64,000 nucleotides of DNA from Mobula hypostoma (taxonomy: Eukaryota): positions 93,994,001 through 94,058,000 of the forward strand of contig NC_086097.1 of the NCBI RefSeq assembly GCF_963921235.1. Direction: 5' to 3'. This document shows positions 1-13,407 of this stretch, piece by piece. A model generated the notes under the pieces. The model had not been told where the DNA came from and did not search any database. It was given only the letters and a program-made list of their open reading frames with translations. How positions within the stretch are numbered: position 1 is the first letter of the stretch; each line of letters opens with the position of its first letter. The translations under genes were made by a program, and so were the position numbers.

Positions 1-3000
1 ATCTAGGGAGGAAGAGAAACCTTACTTTTATCCGTATTAATCAGCATCAGTGCTGATTTTAACAAATTAACTTTGTATCCTGAAAGAAATCCAAATTGCT
101 CCAGTGTTTTTAAAACATAGGGGAGAGTTTGTTGAACATTCGCCATATAAACTAGCGTGTTGTCCGCGTAAAGTGATACTGAATGTGATGATGTACTTAT
201 TGTAATAGGGGAGATCTGAGGAGAGTTTCTAATTAAGTGTGCAAGCGGTTCAATAGATATATTAAAAATTAAAGGAGGCAAGGGGTCCCCTTGTCGTGTG
301 CCCCGTCCTATGTCAAATAACTCTGAGAAACCTCCTCCTACACATACCCTTGCTGAAGGATTCGCATACAATGGTTGAATCATATTGATAAATTTATTGC
401 TGAACTTAAATTCTTTTAGAACTCTCCAAAGATATGGCCATTCAAGGTGATCGAACGCTTTTTCAGCATCTAGAAATAACAGGCCACAAGCAGGTGGGAT
501 TTTATGTGTTGCATTCAGTACGTGTAAGAGCCGGCGAATATTATCAGATGGGAGATGCCCCTTGATAAAGCCCGTTTGATCTGGGCTAATTATTTTCCCA
601 ACTACTGTCTCAAGTCTACTGGCTAAGACTTTGGAAAATATCTTGAGGTCGGCATTTATCAAGGAGATTGGACGGTAATTGGCACACTCCAAGGGGTCCT
701 TACCGGGCTTAGGTATAACTGTGATCAGGGCTGTGTTTAGATCTCTATGGAAAGCGCCATTTCCAAAAGCATAATTTAATGTTTCTAACCATACTGGTCC
801 AAGAATATCCCAAAGTGCTAGGTAAAGTTCCACAGGTATGCCATCTATGCCTGGCGTACGGCCCTTATTTGTAGCTTTTACTGCTTTGAGTAATAGGGGA
901 GGAAGGAAGGAAGGAACTGAGCCACTTGTATATAATTTTTTAAAGTAATCGTTGAATATCTTGTTTATTTCCTCTGTTGAAGATAGTATTACATGTTTAG
1001 CACATCTAATCGCTGGTATAGACCTTTTAGTTTCCTGTTGTTTGAGCGTTAGAGCTAAAAGATGGCTCAGTCTGCTGCCTTCTGCATAATACTTATGTTT
1101 GGTTATATGGATCATATATTCTGCCCTGCTTCTTAATAAATCATTTAATTCTGCTTGTTTTGTTCTGAGCTCGTTTTCTTTTGTAATGGTGTATATCCCT
1201 TTGAGATCATTTTCCAAAACCTTGCATTCGTCTTCTAAGGTGGAAATCTTTTGAAGCCGGCTTTTACGTAGGTGAGAACTGAACCATATAGCGTTATTTC
1301 GTAAGAAACCCTTGATGGAGGCCCAAATCACTGTCACATCTGAGACACTTCTTTATTTAAATTTATAAATTCTGTCAGTTTTGTTCTCAGTTGTGATAGA
1401 AATTCATCGTTTTTTAGAAGAGTGGAGTTAAACCTCCACCTAGTAGCCTTATTTTTAATTTTGCCATAATTAAAAGTAGATATGACTGGGTTGTGATCGG
1501 ATAGATATCTGGGCAAAAATTCTATTGAGTGTACTAAAGGCAGCAGACCGGAGGATATAAGAATGTAATCTATCCGAGAGAAAGTTTTATGTCTTGTGGA
1601 GAAGAAGGTATAGTCTTTAGCAGATGGATTATGCACCCTCCACACATCCGTTAAAAAAAGGTTAAGTGCTTTGGAAGCAGATTCTTAAGAGCTTGATATA
1701 GTTGAGGAAGATTTATCGAGGTTAATATTTACCAAATTCATGTCCGAACCAACATATAGTTGGTAGTCACTTAACTTCAGTAATTGTGAGGTAATTGAGG
1801 GAAAAAATTCAACCTCGAATATAGTTGGGGCATATAGGCTAATGAATGCAACTTTTTTTTTTACCCTGAATGGATGTGCTGCAAAAAGCTAGACGTCCTT
1901 TATTGTCGGTGCTCGTCCTTTCAATTGGTACATTAATATTACGTCTCATTACTATCATAACTCCTTTCGTACGAGTACCATCAGCTGATGCCACAATGGG
2001 TTGATAAAAACGGTTTTGAACCCTGGGAATGTCATTAGGTTTAAGATGTGTTAACTGTAACAGCGCAATATCTATTTTCTTTCTACATAAGAAATCTAAA
2101 ACCTTTGAATGCTTGTAGGGAGAGTTTAAACCTCTAACATTAAATGATACAATAGTAAGATTTTGTAATTTATCTGTGTTGCTCATCTTCCCCTGAATCT
2201 GTTGTTGTAAGTTGGTGGTGAAGCTCTGAGTTATCCCTTTCCCACCCCCCTCCCATCACCCCTCGCATTCAACCCTTTACTTTGTAACATCTATGAGGGT
2301 CACTTAGCAATGTCAGACACTGAACACTGACATCAACCGCGCCCCTTCCAGCACCAACAAATTAGAAAGACAAAGCAGTTCTCATAGACAATCATATCAA
2401 AGAGACAAGAAAAAAGAAACCTGGGAAAACCCGTTAACCTATATAAGTAAAACCGTTTCCGTCTCACGTATACCACATGATCAAGAGCCCAACTGCTATC
2501 TTGCAAGAAACTGTCGCTTCAATAGACCGTCGCTTAGCGATGGCACTAATGACGTTTTATCTGGTGCCCAGAAATGTAAACAAGTCTACTGGAGACATAA
2601 CATTCTAAAGTTAGTCAGAACAAACTGCTGTTTCACAGCTTCATTCCTGGTGAGGTATTACATTTGGATATATTGAATATTACCTTAAAACTCTGACCTG
2701 CAATAGTCAGAAACAAATTGCCTCCTTATTAATTAAATACAAAGGTGTAACAAATGACTTTCCGATAAAAGAATAACCAGAAAACTTCACACTTAGAATG
2801 TTAACTTGCCCGTGCCTGATAGATTGCACATACAGGCAAGTCCAAGCTCTTAATGCAGTTCCATCTCCTCCCGAGGGGCGTGTGGACTTTGCCCAGGGTC
2901 TTCTTCCATATCTCCCAGCACCGATAATTTCAGAACTTCTCTCGCTTCCTCTGCCGAGTTAAATGACATCTTCATGCCCTTAATATTCACTTTCAAGATT

Positions 3001-3905
3001 GCTGGATATATGAGGAACGAGTCAATCCCCTTCTGTCGAAGTTTAGCGCGGATCTCCTTGTATCCCTGCCGTTCCTGCATAGTGCCAGGGCTATAGTCGG
3101 CGAAGAACTGTAGCTGGGTGCCATCATGGAGAGTAGGTTTGGCTTTCCTCACACCCTCCAGGACAGCCTGCCGGTCGGAATACCGTAGAAGCTTAAAAAT
3201 CAAGGTCCGCGGTCTTGAGGTGTTATTGGAAAAGATCCTATGTGCTCTGTCTCCAAAGGAGTGCTGTGGGAATTCTTGAGCGCTGGAATCCAATTTAGGC
3301 AGCATCTTCTGGAGGTAACCTCTTGGATTGTCACCCTCAGTGCCTGTTGGCAAGTTGACCAGCTGTACATTGTTTCTCCTGGATCTGTCCTCCAAGTCGT
3401 TTAACTTCTTCCATATCTTAGACACCTCCGCGAGACAGGAGTTATTAACTTTCTCATTATTGCGTAAGCAAACCTGAATGTTGTCTATTTTATTGAAGAC
3501 TGTATTAAATTTTTTAGCGTGAATGTCCGCTTGCTCCTTTAACGACCGGAGAATGTTGCCATTCTCTGCCATATGCTTCCATATGGGGTCGAGAGCCTTT
3601 TCCAGCGACTCCTTTAGCATGTGTACTACCATTTCTTGCAGCGATTCCATCTCCGTTGCCATTGTTTGTTTAATTAACATAGCTATTTCTTCGGATGAAT
3701 CGCTAGCTTGGTGCCGTCTGCCGGTATCTTGTTTCCTGGTGGAATTTGTATCTTTTTTTGAAGCCATGTTTTTCATTAGATCTTTCTCCAACTCAACCTT
3801 GTATTCAGACCGTCTATGAACCCTGAAGAACTTGAAAAAGCAGGGTTGTATGTCAGCGCTCAGTGCCGTGCTGCCATCTTGCCTCGTGCCTCACCGGAAG
3901 TCCCC
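1..3905 (-). mobile_element. L1-clade LINE, 5'-intact, frameshifted; 3' part runs off the window
   Basis: ORF1 2850-3791 (coiled coil, LEDRSRRNNV); about 660-bp spacer; endonuclease pieces 1839-2186 (SFNVRGLN) and 1334-1645 (SRIDY, SDHNP); RT 3-1337 (YRPISLIN, DAEKAFD, GTRQGDP, YADN); 5' end reads GGGGACTTCCGG...CAAGATGGC. Confidence 0.92.
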
Positions 3906-3923
3906 AAAAGTTGAACTTTTTGG

Positions 3924-6900
3924 AAAACATAGAAAAACCTACACCACAATACGGGCCCTTCGGCCCACAAAGCTGTGCTGAACATCTCCTTACCTTAGAA
4001 ATTACCGAGGGTTACCCATAGCCCTCTATTTATCTAAGCTCCATGTACCTATCCAGGAGTCTCTTATAAGACCCTATTGTATCCGCTTCCACCACTGTCG
4101 CCGGCAGCCCATTCCATGCACTCACTAACCTCTGCATAAATAAACTTACCCCTGAAATCTCTGTGCCTACTTCCAAGCACCTTAAAACTGCCCTCTGGTG
4201 CTAGCCATTTCAGCCCTGGGGAAAAGCCTCTGACTATCCACATGATCAATGCTTCTCATCATCTTATATACCTCCATCAGGTCACCTCTCATCCTCCGTC
4301 GCTCCAAGGAGATAAGGCCAAGTTCACTCAACCCATTCTCATAAGGCATGCTCCCCAATCTAGGCAACATCCTTGTAAATCTCCTCTGCACTCTTTCTAT
4401 GGTTTCCACATCCTTCCTGTAGTGAGGTGACCAGAACTGAGCACAGTACTCCAAGTGGGGTCTGACCAGGGTCTTATATAGCTCCAACATTACCTCTCAG
4501 CTCCTAAACTCAATCCCACGGTTGATGAAGGCCAATGCACCGAATGCCTTCTTAACCACAGAGTCAACCTGCTGTTACGTACCCCGTAACTGGGTTGCCA
4601 AACCAGCAGAAATGGATCACTCAGTTGGAGTCTGGAGTACTAGAACTAAGAAAGTTTTATTAAAGAAATAAGCAACACAGTAATCGAAAGGATAATAAAT
4701 GCAACAGTTCAGCGATGATAAACACACATGTGCACAGAATTAAGATAACAGCATCAATCAAGCTCTATCGTTGTCTAGGGGTAAATGACCAAATTTCAAA
4801 GTGACTCAAAGTTCAGTCCAGTTAGTAGTTCAGTTCGCAGTAATCGTTGCCATGGCGATGGACAACGTTGGGGAAGAGAGAGATAGAACAGGAACAACTG
4901 ATCATTCAGAACGGCTTCACTCACAGACCGGCGAGATTGCTCACAAGCAACTTTTGGGCGGGTCCTTGGTGATGTCACCTGAGGTCACCGACTGTGACCC
5001 CTCCTCCAGATGCAGTCGATCCTCTGCAGTGAACCCGGCACCCAGGCAAGGGCGGACACACACCGGGTTCCCGCTGATCGTACCTTTCCACCCTGGTCGT
5101 TGTCTGGTACTTCTCACCCACTCGTGAGAGGCGCACCGCTTCCAGGGTCTCGTTACCTCGGGTGGCGTGTGTCCCTGTCTTAGCGAACCTGTCCCTTTTT
5201 ATCCCCCTGCTGGGGTATCGCCTGTCCATCACTTCAAACAGTTCAGGGTTCAAAGGGGGAGCCGCTCCAGACAGCTCTCTCTCTCCCACGTCCCTTCATT
5301 ACATATCTCCAGACGCTGCTCCATTGTTCCTTATCTCTCCTTCCCCTGAGGGCAGGTGGCAGACCAACTGCTGATGCCACTGATGCTAGCCCAGGCCAGC
5401 AAACATCTTAATTTTATGTGTATTCTCGTCACACTGCGCAGTTGCTTTGAGCGTCCTATGGACTCGGACCCCAAGATCCCTCTGATCCTCCACACTGCCA
5501 AGAGTCTTACCATTAATACTATATTCTGCTGTCATATTTGACCTACCAAAATGAACCACCTCACGCTTATCTGGGTTGAACTCCATCTGCTGCTTCTCAG
5601 CTCAGTTTTGCATCCTATCAGTGTCCCGCTGTAACCCCTGACAGCACTCCACACTATCCACAACACCCCCAACCTTTGTGTCATCAGCAAATTTACTAAC
5701 CCATTCCTCCACTTCCTCATCCAGGTCATTTACAAATCATGAAGAATAGGGGTCCCAGAACAGATCCCTGAGGTACACTGCTGGCCACTGACCTCCATGC
5801 AGAATATGACCTGTCTACAAAGGTCTTTGCCTTCTGTGGGCAAGCCAGTTCTGGATCCACAAAGCAATGTCCCCTTGGATCCCATGCCTCCATATTTTCT
5901 CAATAAATCTTGCTGGGGGTACCTTATCAAATGCCTTGCTAAAATCCAAATACACTACATCTACTACTCTTAACTTCATCAATGTGCTTAGTCACATCCT
6001 CAAAAAATTCAATCAAGCTTGTAAGGCATGACCTGCCCTTGACAAAGCCATGCTGACTATTCCTAATCATATTATACCTCTCCAAATATTCATAAATCCT
6101 GCCTCTCAGGATCTTTTTCATCAACTTAACAACCACTGAAGTAAGACTCACTGGTCTATAATTTCCTGGGCTATCTCTACTCCCTTCCTTGAATAATGGA
6201 ACAATATCCGCAAACCTCCAATCCTCAGGAACCTCTCCTGTCCCTATTGATGATGCAAAGATCATCGCCAGAGGCTCAGCAATCTCCTCCCTCACCTCCC
6301 ACGGTAGCCTGGGGTGCATCTGGTCCAGTCCTGGAGACTTATCCAACTTGATGCTTTCCAAAAACGCCAGCGCATCCTCTTTCTTACTCTATATGCTCAA
6401 GCTTTTCAATCCGCTGTAAGCCATCCCTACAATAGCCAAGATCCTTTTCCATATGTCTGCTATCTCCTCCAGTTCCACACACACTTTTCCACTGTCACAC
6501 TTGATTGGTCCTATTCCCTCACGTCTTATCCTCTTGCTCTTCACATACTTGCAGAATGCCTTTTGAGATTTTCCTTAATCCTGTCTACCAAGGCCTCTCA
6601 TGGTCCCTTCTAGCTCTCCTGTTTTCATTCTTAAGCCCCTTCCTGCTAGCCTTATAATCTTCTAGATCTCTATCATTACCTGTTTTTTGAACCTTTCGTA
6701 AGCTTTTTTTCTTGACTAGATTTACAGCACCCTTTGTGCACCATGGTTCCTGTACCCTACCATCCTTTCCCTGCCTCATTGGAACGTACCTATGCAGAAC
6801 TCCGCACAAATATGCCCTGAACATTTGCCACATTTCTTCTGTACATTTCCCTGAGAACATCTGTTTCCAATTTATGCTTCCAAGTTCCTGCCTGATAGCC

Positions 6901-7047
6901 TCATATTTCCCCTTACTCCAATTAAACGCTTTCCTAACTTGTATGTTCCTATCCCTCTCCAGTGCTATGGTAAAGGAGATAAAATTGTGATCACTATCTC
7001 CAAAATGCTCTCCCACTGAGAGACCTGACACCTGTCCAGGTTCATTT
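3924..7047 (-). mobile_element. CR1 LINE, 5'-truncated, interrupted by a solo LTR
   Basis: ORF2 fragments (KSPGLDQMHPR, NYRPVSLTS, SQHGF, LYKTLVRPHLEYC); CR1 tail at 3924; flanked by TTTTTGG at 3917-3923 and 7045-7051. Confidence 0.92.
4573..5433 (-). mobile_element. Solo LTR (861 bp), copy 1
   Basis: TGTTAC...GTCACA ends, 4-bp TSD CTGC (4569-4572, 5434-5437), host CR1 rejoins across it; minus-strand GATAAAA TATA-like box near 5200 and AATAAA near 4657. Confidence 0.88.
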
Positions 7048-7711
7048 TTGGCAGGGATGTACATTGCTATGATTGGAGGAAAAAGGGCACTACAGTTCGC
7101 AATCGTTGAGGGAACAATGAATTCAAAATTGTGTCAGTACATTTTACAGGATAATGTCCGGCTAGCAGTCTGTCACCTGCAGCTTAATAGAAGTTGAATA
7201 ATGCAGCAAGACAATGATCCGAAAGACAAGACTAAATCAACAACAGAATGGTTTAAAAAGAAGAAAATTTGTGGTTTGGAGACAAAATCCTGATCTTAAT
7301 CCTATAGAAATATTGTGGAATGACTTGAAGCAAGCATTTCATGCAAGGAACCCACCAACGTCCTAGAGTTGAGGCATTTTTGTATGGAGGAATGGCCTAA
7401 AATTCTACCAAGCCAATGTGCAGTCCTGATCAACAGTTACCGGAAATGTTTGGTTGAAGTTATCGCTGTACAAGAGGGTCACATGATTTCTGAAAGTAAA
7501 GGTGCACATACTTTTTCCAACAAATTCATGTAATATTGGATCATTTTCTCAATAAGTTGATGAAAAAGTATAACTTTTTTGTGTTATTTATTTAACTGAG
7601 TTCTCTTTATCTAGTTGTAGGACTTCTGTGAAGATCTGATTACATTTTTGGTCATATTTATGCAGAAATAGTGAAAATTGTACAGGGATCACAAACTTTC
7701 TAGCACCACTG
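7048..7711 (+). mobile_element. Tc1/mariner 3' half (transposase remnant plus right TIR); further 19-bp piece at 3905-3923
   Basis: MQQDNDPK (D2) and PDLNPIE (E) motifs; ends CAAACTTTCTAGCACCACTG|TA, same TIR as the 25111-31381 copy. Confidence 0.88.
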
Positions 7712-7713
7712 TA

Positions 7714-8340
7714 TCTACTCTTGCCTCTCTTTTACTATATATATAAAGTGAAAAAGTGGTATCCTGTTTGATATTGTTTGTTTGCTTAACTTAATATTTC
7801 ATCTCCCCCCCCGCCCCCATGGCTTTTTCAGTTGATCTTTATAAGTTTCCCAATCCTTTACCATCGCATTAATTTTTGCTCTATTATATGCCCTCTTTTT
7901 TTGTTTTAATGTCGGCTTTGACTTCCCTTGTCAGCCACGGTTGCAACATCCTGCCTTTAGAATATTTCTTCTTTGGGATGTATCTATCCTGCGCCTTCCA
8001 AGTTGTTCCTAGAAACTCCAACCATTGCTGCTCTGCCATCATTCCTGCTCATGTCCCCTCCCAGTCATCTTTGGCCAGCTCCTCTCTCATGCCTCTCTAA
8101 TTTCCTTTACTCCACTGTAATGCTTATATATTTAACTTTAGCTTCTCCCTCTCAAATTGCAAGGTGAATTCTATCATATTATCATCACTGCCTCCTGAAG
8201 GGTTCCTTTCCCTTAAGCTCCCTAATCAAATTCGGTTCATTACACAACACTAGTCCAGAATAGTTGATTTTCTCGTGGGCTCAACCACAGGCTTTTCTAA
8301 AAAGCCACCTTGTAGGAATTCTACAAATTCTTTCTTGGGA
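7714..8340 (-). mobile_element. Older CR1 ORF2 fragment
   Basis: Minus-strand FVEFLQGGFLEKPVVEPTRKSTILD, the CR1 endonuclease C-terminal pattern. Confidence 0.7.
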
Positions 8341-8344
8341 GATG

Positions 8345-9240
8345 GCAAAAGTAATTTAAACTTCTTCAGGGTAAGCATCCCTGGAAGGGACTTCTGCCAT
8401 CTCCAACTAGATCCTGTCCCTGAGTGTGTCTTTCCCTTCCTACCCACTTTCTGCTTTTCACAGGGATTGCTTCCTATGCAACTCCCTTGTCCATTCGTCC
8501 CTCCACACTGATCTCCGTCCTGGCACTTATCCTTGCAAGTGGAACAAGTGCTTCACCTGCCCCTACACCTCCTCCCTCACTACCATTCAGGTCCCAAACT
8601 GTCCTTCCAGTGGAGGCGACACTTCACCAGTCAGTCTTTTGGGGTCATCTACTGTATCTGGTGCTGCCAGTGTGGCCTCCTGTATATCGGTGAGACTGGA
8701 CGCAGATTGGGAGACCACTTCGCTGAGCACCTATGCTCCATCCACCAGAAAAAACAGGATCTCCCAGTGGCTACCCACATTAATTCCACTTTCCATTCCC
8801 ATTCCGACACCTCAGTCCATGGCCTCCTCCACTGTCATGATGAGGCCACACTCAGACTGGAGGAGCAACACCTTATATTCTGTCTGGGAAGCCTCTAACC
8901 TGATAGCATGAACATTGATTTCTCTAACTCCCCCCCACTTCACCATTCCCCATTCCCATTTTCCCTCTCACTTCATCTACTTACCTGCCCAACACCTCCC
9001 TCTGGTGCTCCTCCCACTCTTCTTTCTCTTTTGCTAATCAACTTCCCACCTCTTTACTTCACCCCTCCCCTCCCAGATTCACTTTTCACCTTGTTTCTTC
9101 CTTCCCTGTCCACCTTCTTACTCTGACTCATCTTTTTTTTCCAGTCCTGATGAAGGGTGTTGACCCAAAATGTTGACTATACTGTTCTCCTTAGATGCTG
9201 CCTGGCCAGCTGAGTTCCTCCAACATTTTGTGTGTGTTGC
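8345..9240 (+). mobile_element. Penelope-like element 3' part (GIY-YIG endonuclease, terminal repeat with decayed hammerhead)
   Basis: CKWNKCFTCPY then GVIYCIWC..CGLLYIGETGRRLGDHFAEHL and RLEEQHLIF; CTGATGAAGGG at 9147. Confidence 0.88.
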
Positions 9241-9544
9241 TTGGCTTTACCATTCATGAACAGTACGACTGATCTTCTGCTTCATCCCCATTTTACAGCA
9301 CTGTCTCTAATTCCATTCACATCCAGAAATATTTTGATCTGTAATTTGAATTAACTCAGTGCTTAAGCTTCCACAGTCCTCTAGGGTAGTGAAGGCCAGT
9401 GATCCTTCATCGTCGGAATGAAGAAATTTCTCATCATCTCAGTCTGAAATGTCCTGACACTGTGACTTCTGATTCTAGACTCTTCAGCAGGGGAAACATC
9501 CACCCTGTGTCCAGTATCTGGAACCCTTTCAGAATGTTGTATGA

Positions 9545-12133
9545 TTCGGAACCAGGATCAGGTTTTTTTATCAGTGGCATGGTATATGAAATTTGTTAAC
9601 TTAGCAGCAGCAGTTCAATGCAATACATAATCTAGAAGAGAGAAAAATAATTAATAAACAAGTTAACCAAACGTGCAAAAATCAGAAATACTGTATATTT
9701 TTTAAAAAGTGAGGTAGTGTCCAAGGATTCAATGTCCATTTAGGAATCAGATGGCAGAGGGGAAGAAGCTGTTCTTGAATCAATGAGTATGTGGCTTCAG
9801 GCTTCTGTACCTCCTACCTGATGGTAACAGTGAGAAAAGGGCAAGCCCAGGGTGCTGGAGGTCCTTAATAATGAACGCTACCTTTCTGAGACACCGCTTC
9901 CTGAAGATGTCCTGGTACTTTGTAGGCGAGTACCCAAGATGGAGCCGACTAGATTTACAACCCTCTGCAGCTTCTTTCAGTCCTATGCGGTAGCCCCTCC
10001 ATACCAGACAGTGATGCATCCTGTCAGAATGCTCTCCACGGTACAACTGTAAAAGTTTCTGAGTGTATTTGTTGACATGCCAAAACTCTTCAAACTCCTA
10101 ATGAAATATAGCCGCTGTCATGCCTTCTTTATAACCCGTCAATATGTTGGGACCAGGTTAGATCCTCAGTGACCTTGACACCCAGGAACTTGATGCTGCT
10201 TGCTCACTCCACTTCTGATCCCTCTGTGAGGATTAGTATGTGTTCCTTCGTCTTATCCTTCCGGAAGTCCACAATCAACTCTTTCGTCTTACTGACGTTG
10301 AGTGCCAGGTTGTTGCTGCGGCACCACTCCACTAGTTTGCATATCTCACTCCTGTACGCCCTCTCGTCACCACCTGAGATTCTACCATGGTTGTATCATC
10401 ATCAAATTTATAGATAGTATTTGGGCTGTGCCTAGCCACACAGTAGAGCAATGGGCTAAGCACACTCCCCTCAGGTGCGCCAGTGTTGATCGTCAGCGAT
10501 GGGAATATGTTATCACCAATCTGCACAGACTGTGGCCTTCTGGTTAGGAAGTCAAGGATCCAATTGCAGAGGGAGGTACAGAGGCCCAGGTTCTTCAACT
10601 TCTCATTCAGGATTGTGGGAATGATGGTATTAAATGCTGAGCTATAGTCACTGAACAGCATCCTGACATAGATGTTTGTGTTGTCCAGGTGGTCTAAAGC
10701 CTTGTGGAGAGCCATTGAGATTTCGTCTGCCATTGACCTATTGTGGCGATAGGCAAATTGCAATGTGTCCAGGTCCTTGCTGAGGCAGTAGTTCAGTTTA
10801 GTCATGACCATGCTCTCAAAGCACTTCATCACTGTCCATGTGAGTATGACTGGGCGATAGTCATTAAGGCAGCCCACATTATTCTTCTTGGGCACTGGTA
10901 TAATTGTTGCCTTTTTGAAGCAAGTGGGAACTTCTGCCCGTAGCAATGAGAGGTTGAAAATGTCCTTGACTACTCCCACTAATTGGTTGGCACAATTCTT
11001 CAGAGCTTTACTAGGTACTCCATCGGGACCTTCCGCCTTGCAAGGGTTCACTCTCTTTAAAGACAGCCTAACATTGGCCTCTGAGTCAGAGATCACAAGG
11101 TCATCAGGTGCAGCAGGGATCTTCACAACTGTAGTTGTATTCTCCCTTTCGAAGCAGGCATAGAAAGCGTTGAGTTCATCTGGTAGTGAAGTATCACTGC
11201 CATTCATGCTGTTGGGTTTTGCTTTGTAAGAAGTAATATCTTGCAGACCCTGCCAGAGTTGCCGGGCATCCAATGTCGGCTCCAACCTCATTTGAAATTG
11301 TCTCTTCACCCTTGAAATAGCCCTCCGCAAATCATACCTGGTTTTCTGGTGCAGGCCTGGGTTGCAATACTTAAATGCCACAGATCTGGCCTTCAGCAGA
11401 CGATGAACCTCCTGGTTCATCCACAGCTTTTGGTTTGGGAATGTACAGTAAGTCTTTGTGGGCACACATTCATCCACACAGGTTTTAATGAAATCAGTAA
11501 CAACTGCAGCATACTCATCCAGTTTCGAAGATGAATCCCTGGATACAGTCCAGTCCACTGATTCAAAGCAGTCCTATAGGCGCTCCTGTGCTTCCCTTGT
11601 CCATACCTCCTTGGTCCTCACTGCTGGTGCTGCAGTCTTCAGTCTCTGCCTATTCTCAGGGAGTAGAAGTACAGCCAGGTGATCAGACTTCCCGAAGTGA
11701 GGGCGTGGAATAGCACAGTAGGCATTCTTGATGGTGTGTAGCAATGGTCCAGTGTGTTGTTTCCTCTGGTATTGCAAGTGATCTGTTGATGGTAGTTGCT
11801 TAGTGATTTTTTTTCAGACTGCCTGGTTAAAATCTCCCAAAACAATGGTGAAGGCATTAGGGTGCGCTGTTTCATGGATGTTGATCCCATTACTCAGATC
11901 ATCTAAAGCCTGATTGACATTGGCCTGAGGAGGAATGTAAACAGCTATCAAAATGACCCCAGAGAACTCCTGTGTTAGGTAGAAGGGATGGCACTTAACT
12001 GCTAGATATTGCAGGTCTGATGAGCAGAATTGGGACAGCACTGATATATTTGTACACCAAGAAGAGTTGATCATGAGGCATATTCCTCCACCTCTACTTT
12101 TGAGACACTCTGTAGATCTATCTTGACGGTGTC
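9545..12133 (-). mobile_element. Rex1/Babar-type LINE, 5'-truncated
   Basis: FPNQKLWMNQEV, KAEGPDGVP, LNDYRPV, LQFAYRHNRS, DYSSAFNTI; endonuclease AVYIPP, LGDFN, SDHL; ATTCTG-type tail. Confidence 0.88.
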
Positions 12134-12139
12134 TCGAAA

Positions 12140-12700
12140 ACTGTTACGAAACCTCTCTCATTCCTCTAAACTAGACCCCTGCCTAGTCTGCTCAATCTCT
12201 CTTGTTCCTCTAAATTACACCCTTCTGCTCAGCCTCATACACCAAATCAAGCATTCCTAAAGTCGGTTAGTATATCTTTACTGCAGCCCCTCTATGCCAA
12301 GTATATTCTTTAAGCTAAGGAGACTAAACTTGTACCCAGTAGTCCAGGTGGAGTCACAACAAAGGCCTGTATAGTGCAGTAAGACACCTTTATTCCTGTA
12401 CTCACATCCTCGTAATACAGGGCAACTGTATGTTTCCTTCCCTAATGATCTGCATATTGGGTTTTGGTGATTTGTATACAAGGATATCTAGATCCCCTTA
12501 AAAATCAATATCATTCAATATCTCATTACATTAAAAAAAAACCTATTTTCTTTTTTTGGGCACCAAGGGGAATATCTACACTTTTCCACATTACAATACT
12601 CCTGCCCACTCATTCAGTTTGCCTGTATCCCCTGAAGCCTCTTTACTTCCCCCTCCTTCTTGCTCACAATCCCATCAAGTTGTGTATCATCAGCAAGTGA
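12140..12700 (-). mobile_element. Highly decayed CR1-like fragment
   Basis: Weak similarity to the CR1 ORF2 C-terminus (EYRNKGVLLH). Confidence 0.45.
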
Positions 12701-12974
12701 CAAACTCATTGTTTCTTTCCCTCACTGGGGAGATGGTTGATAATACAGTAGGTTGTACTGTCTTTACGGCTTAAGCATTAAGGATAATCACATGCATGCA
12801 GCAAGGAAAATCTCCGTAGAATTGCACAGTCCTTGAAAACTGCAGTATTTCTCTTTTATTCATTTTATTGCATTTCTTCCAGCTAATTTTCCATCTACAT
12901 GGATGAACAAATTGAATTATTCTTTAAATTCTAGTAATAACTATTGATTTTTTTTCTCTCTCTCCACTAAATAG

Positions 12975-13064
12975 CTTCGACAGATGGTTCAGAAATTCTG
13001 CCAAGATCACCTCGTTCCCAAGGCCCAGGAAATCGACCAGAAGAATGACTTTCCAGAGTTGAGG
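12975..13064 (+). CDS. IVD: Isovaleryl-CoA dehydrogenase, exon equivalent to human exon 2 (90 nt, phase 0-0)
   Basis: taaatag|CTTCGA...TTGAGG|gtaaat; translates LRQMVQKFCQDHLVPKAQEIDQKNDFPELR, matching recalled human [30 protein letters not shown]. Confidence 0.95.
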
Positions 13065-13407
13065 GTAAATGTGATGTTACATATGGCTCAGAACTTTGTC
13101 TATGTCATTAGTTGATAATCTGAAAGTTTAAAAGTAGACGCCAGTATAATTCCCTAAAATGTCAAAACATCTCTTGAAAAGAACCAAATGTTACAATGGG
13201 GTAAAATTTGACTTGGAATGCTTTGGTCTTCACTTTGTAACTCATTAATTTACAGTATTTTACATCTGAAAAAACAAAATCTTTCTACATCCTTGAGATT
13301 CAATCTAACAAACCATCAGTTGTTTCTTTCTTAATTATAGCCGATAAATCCAATTACAGACACTGGAAATTTTATTTGTAAAATGTCAGTGATCACAATC
13401 TAGGTAC

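Noticed and set aside
1..12974. IVD exon 1
   Set aside because: No leader-encoding exon found; region is repeat-filled, so exon 1 is presumed upstream
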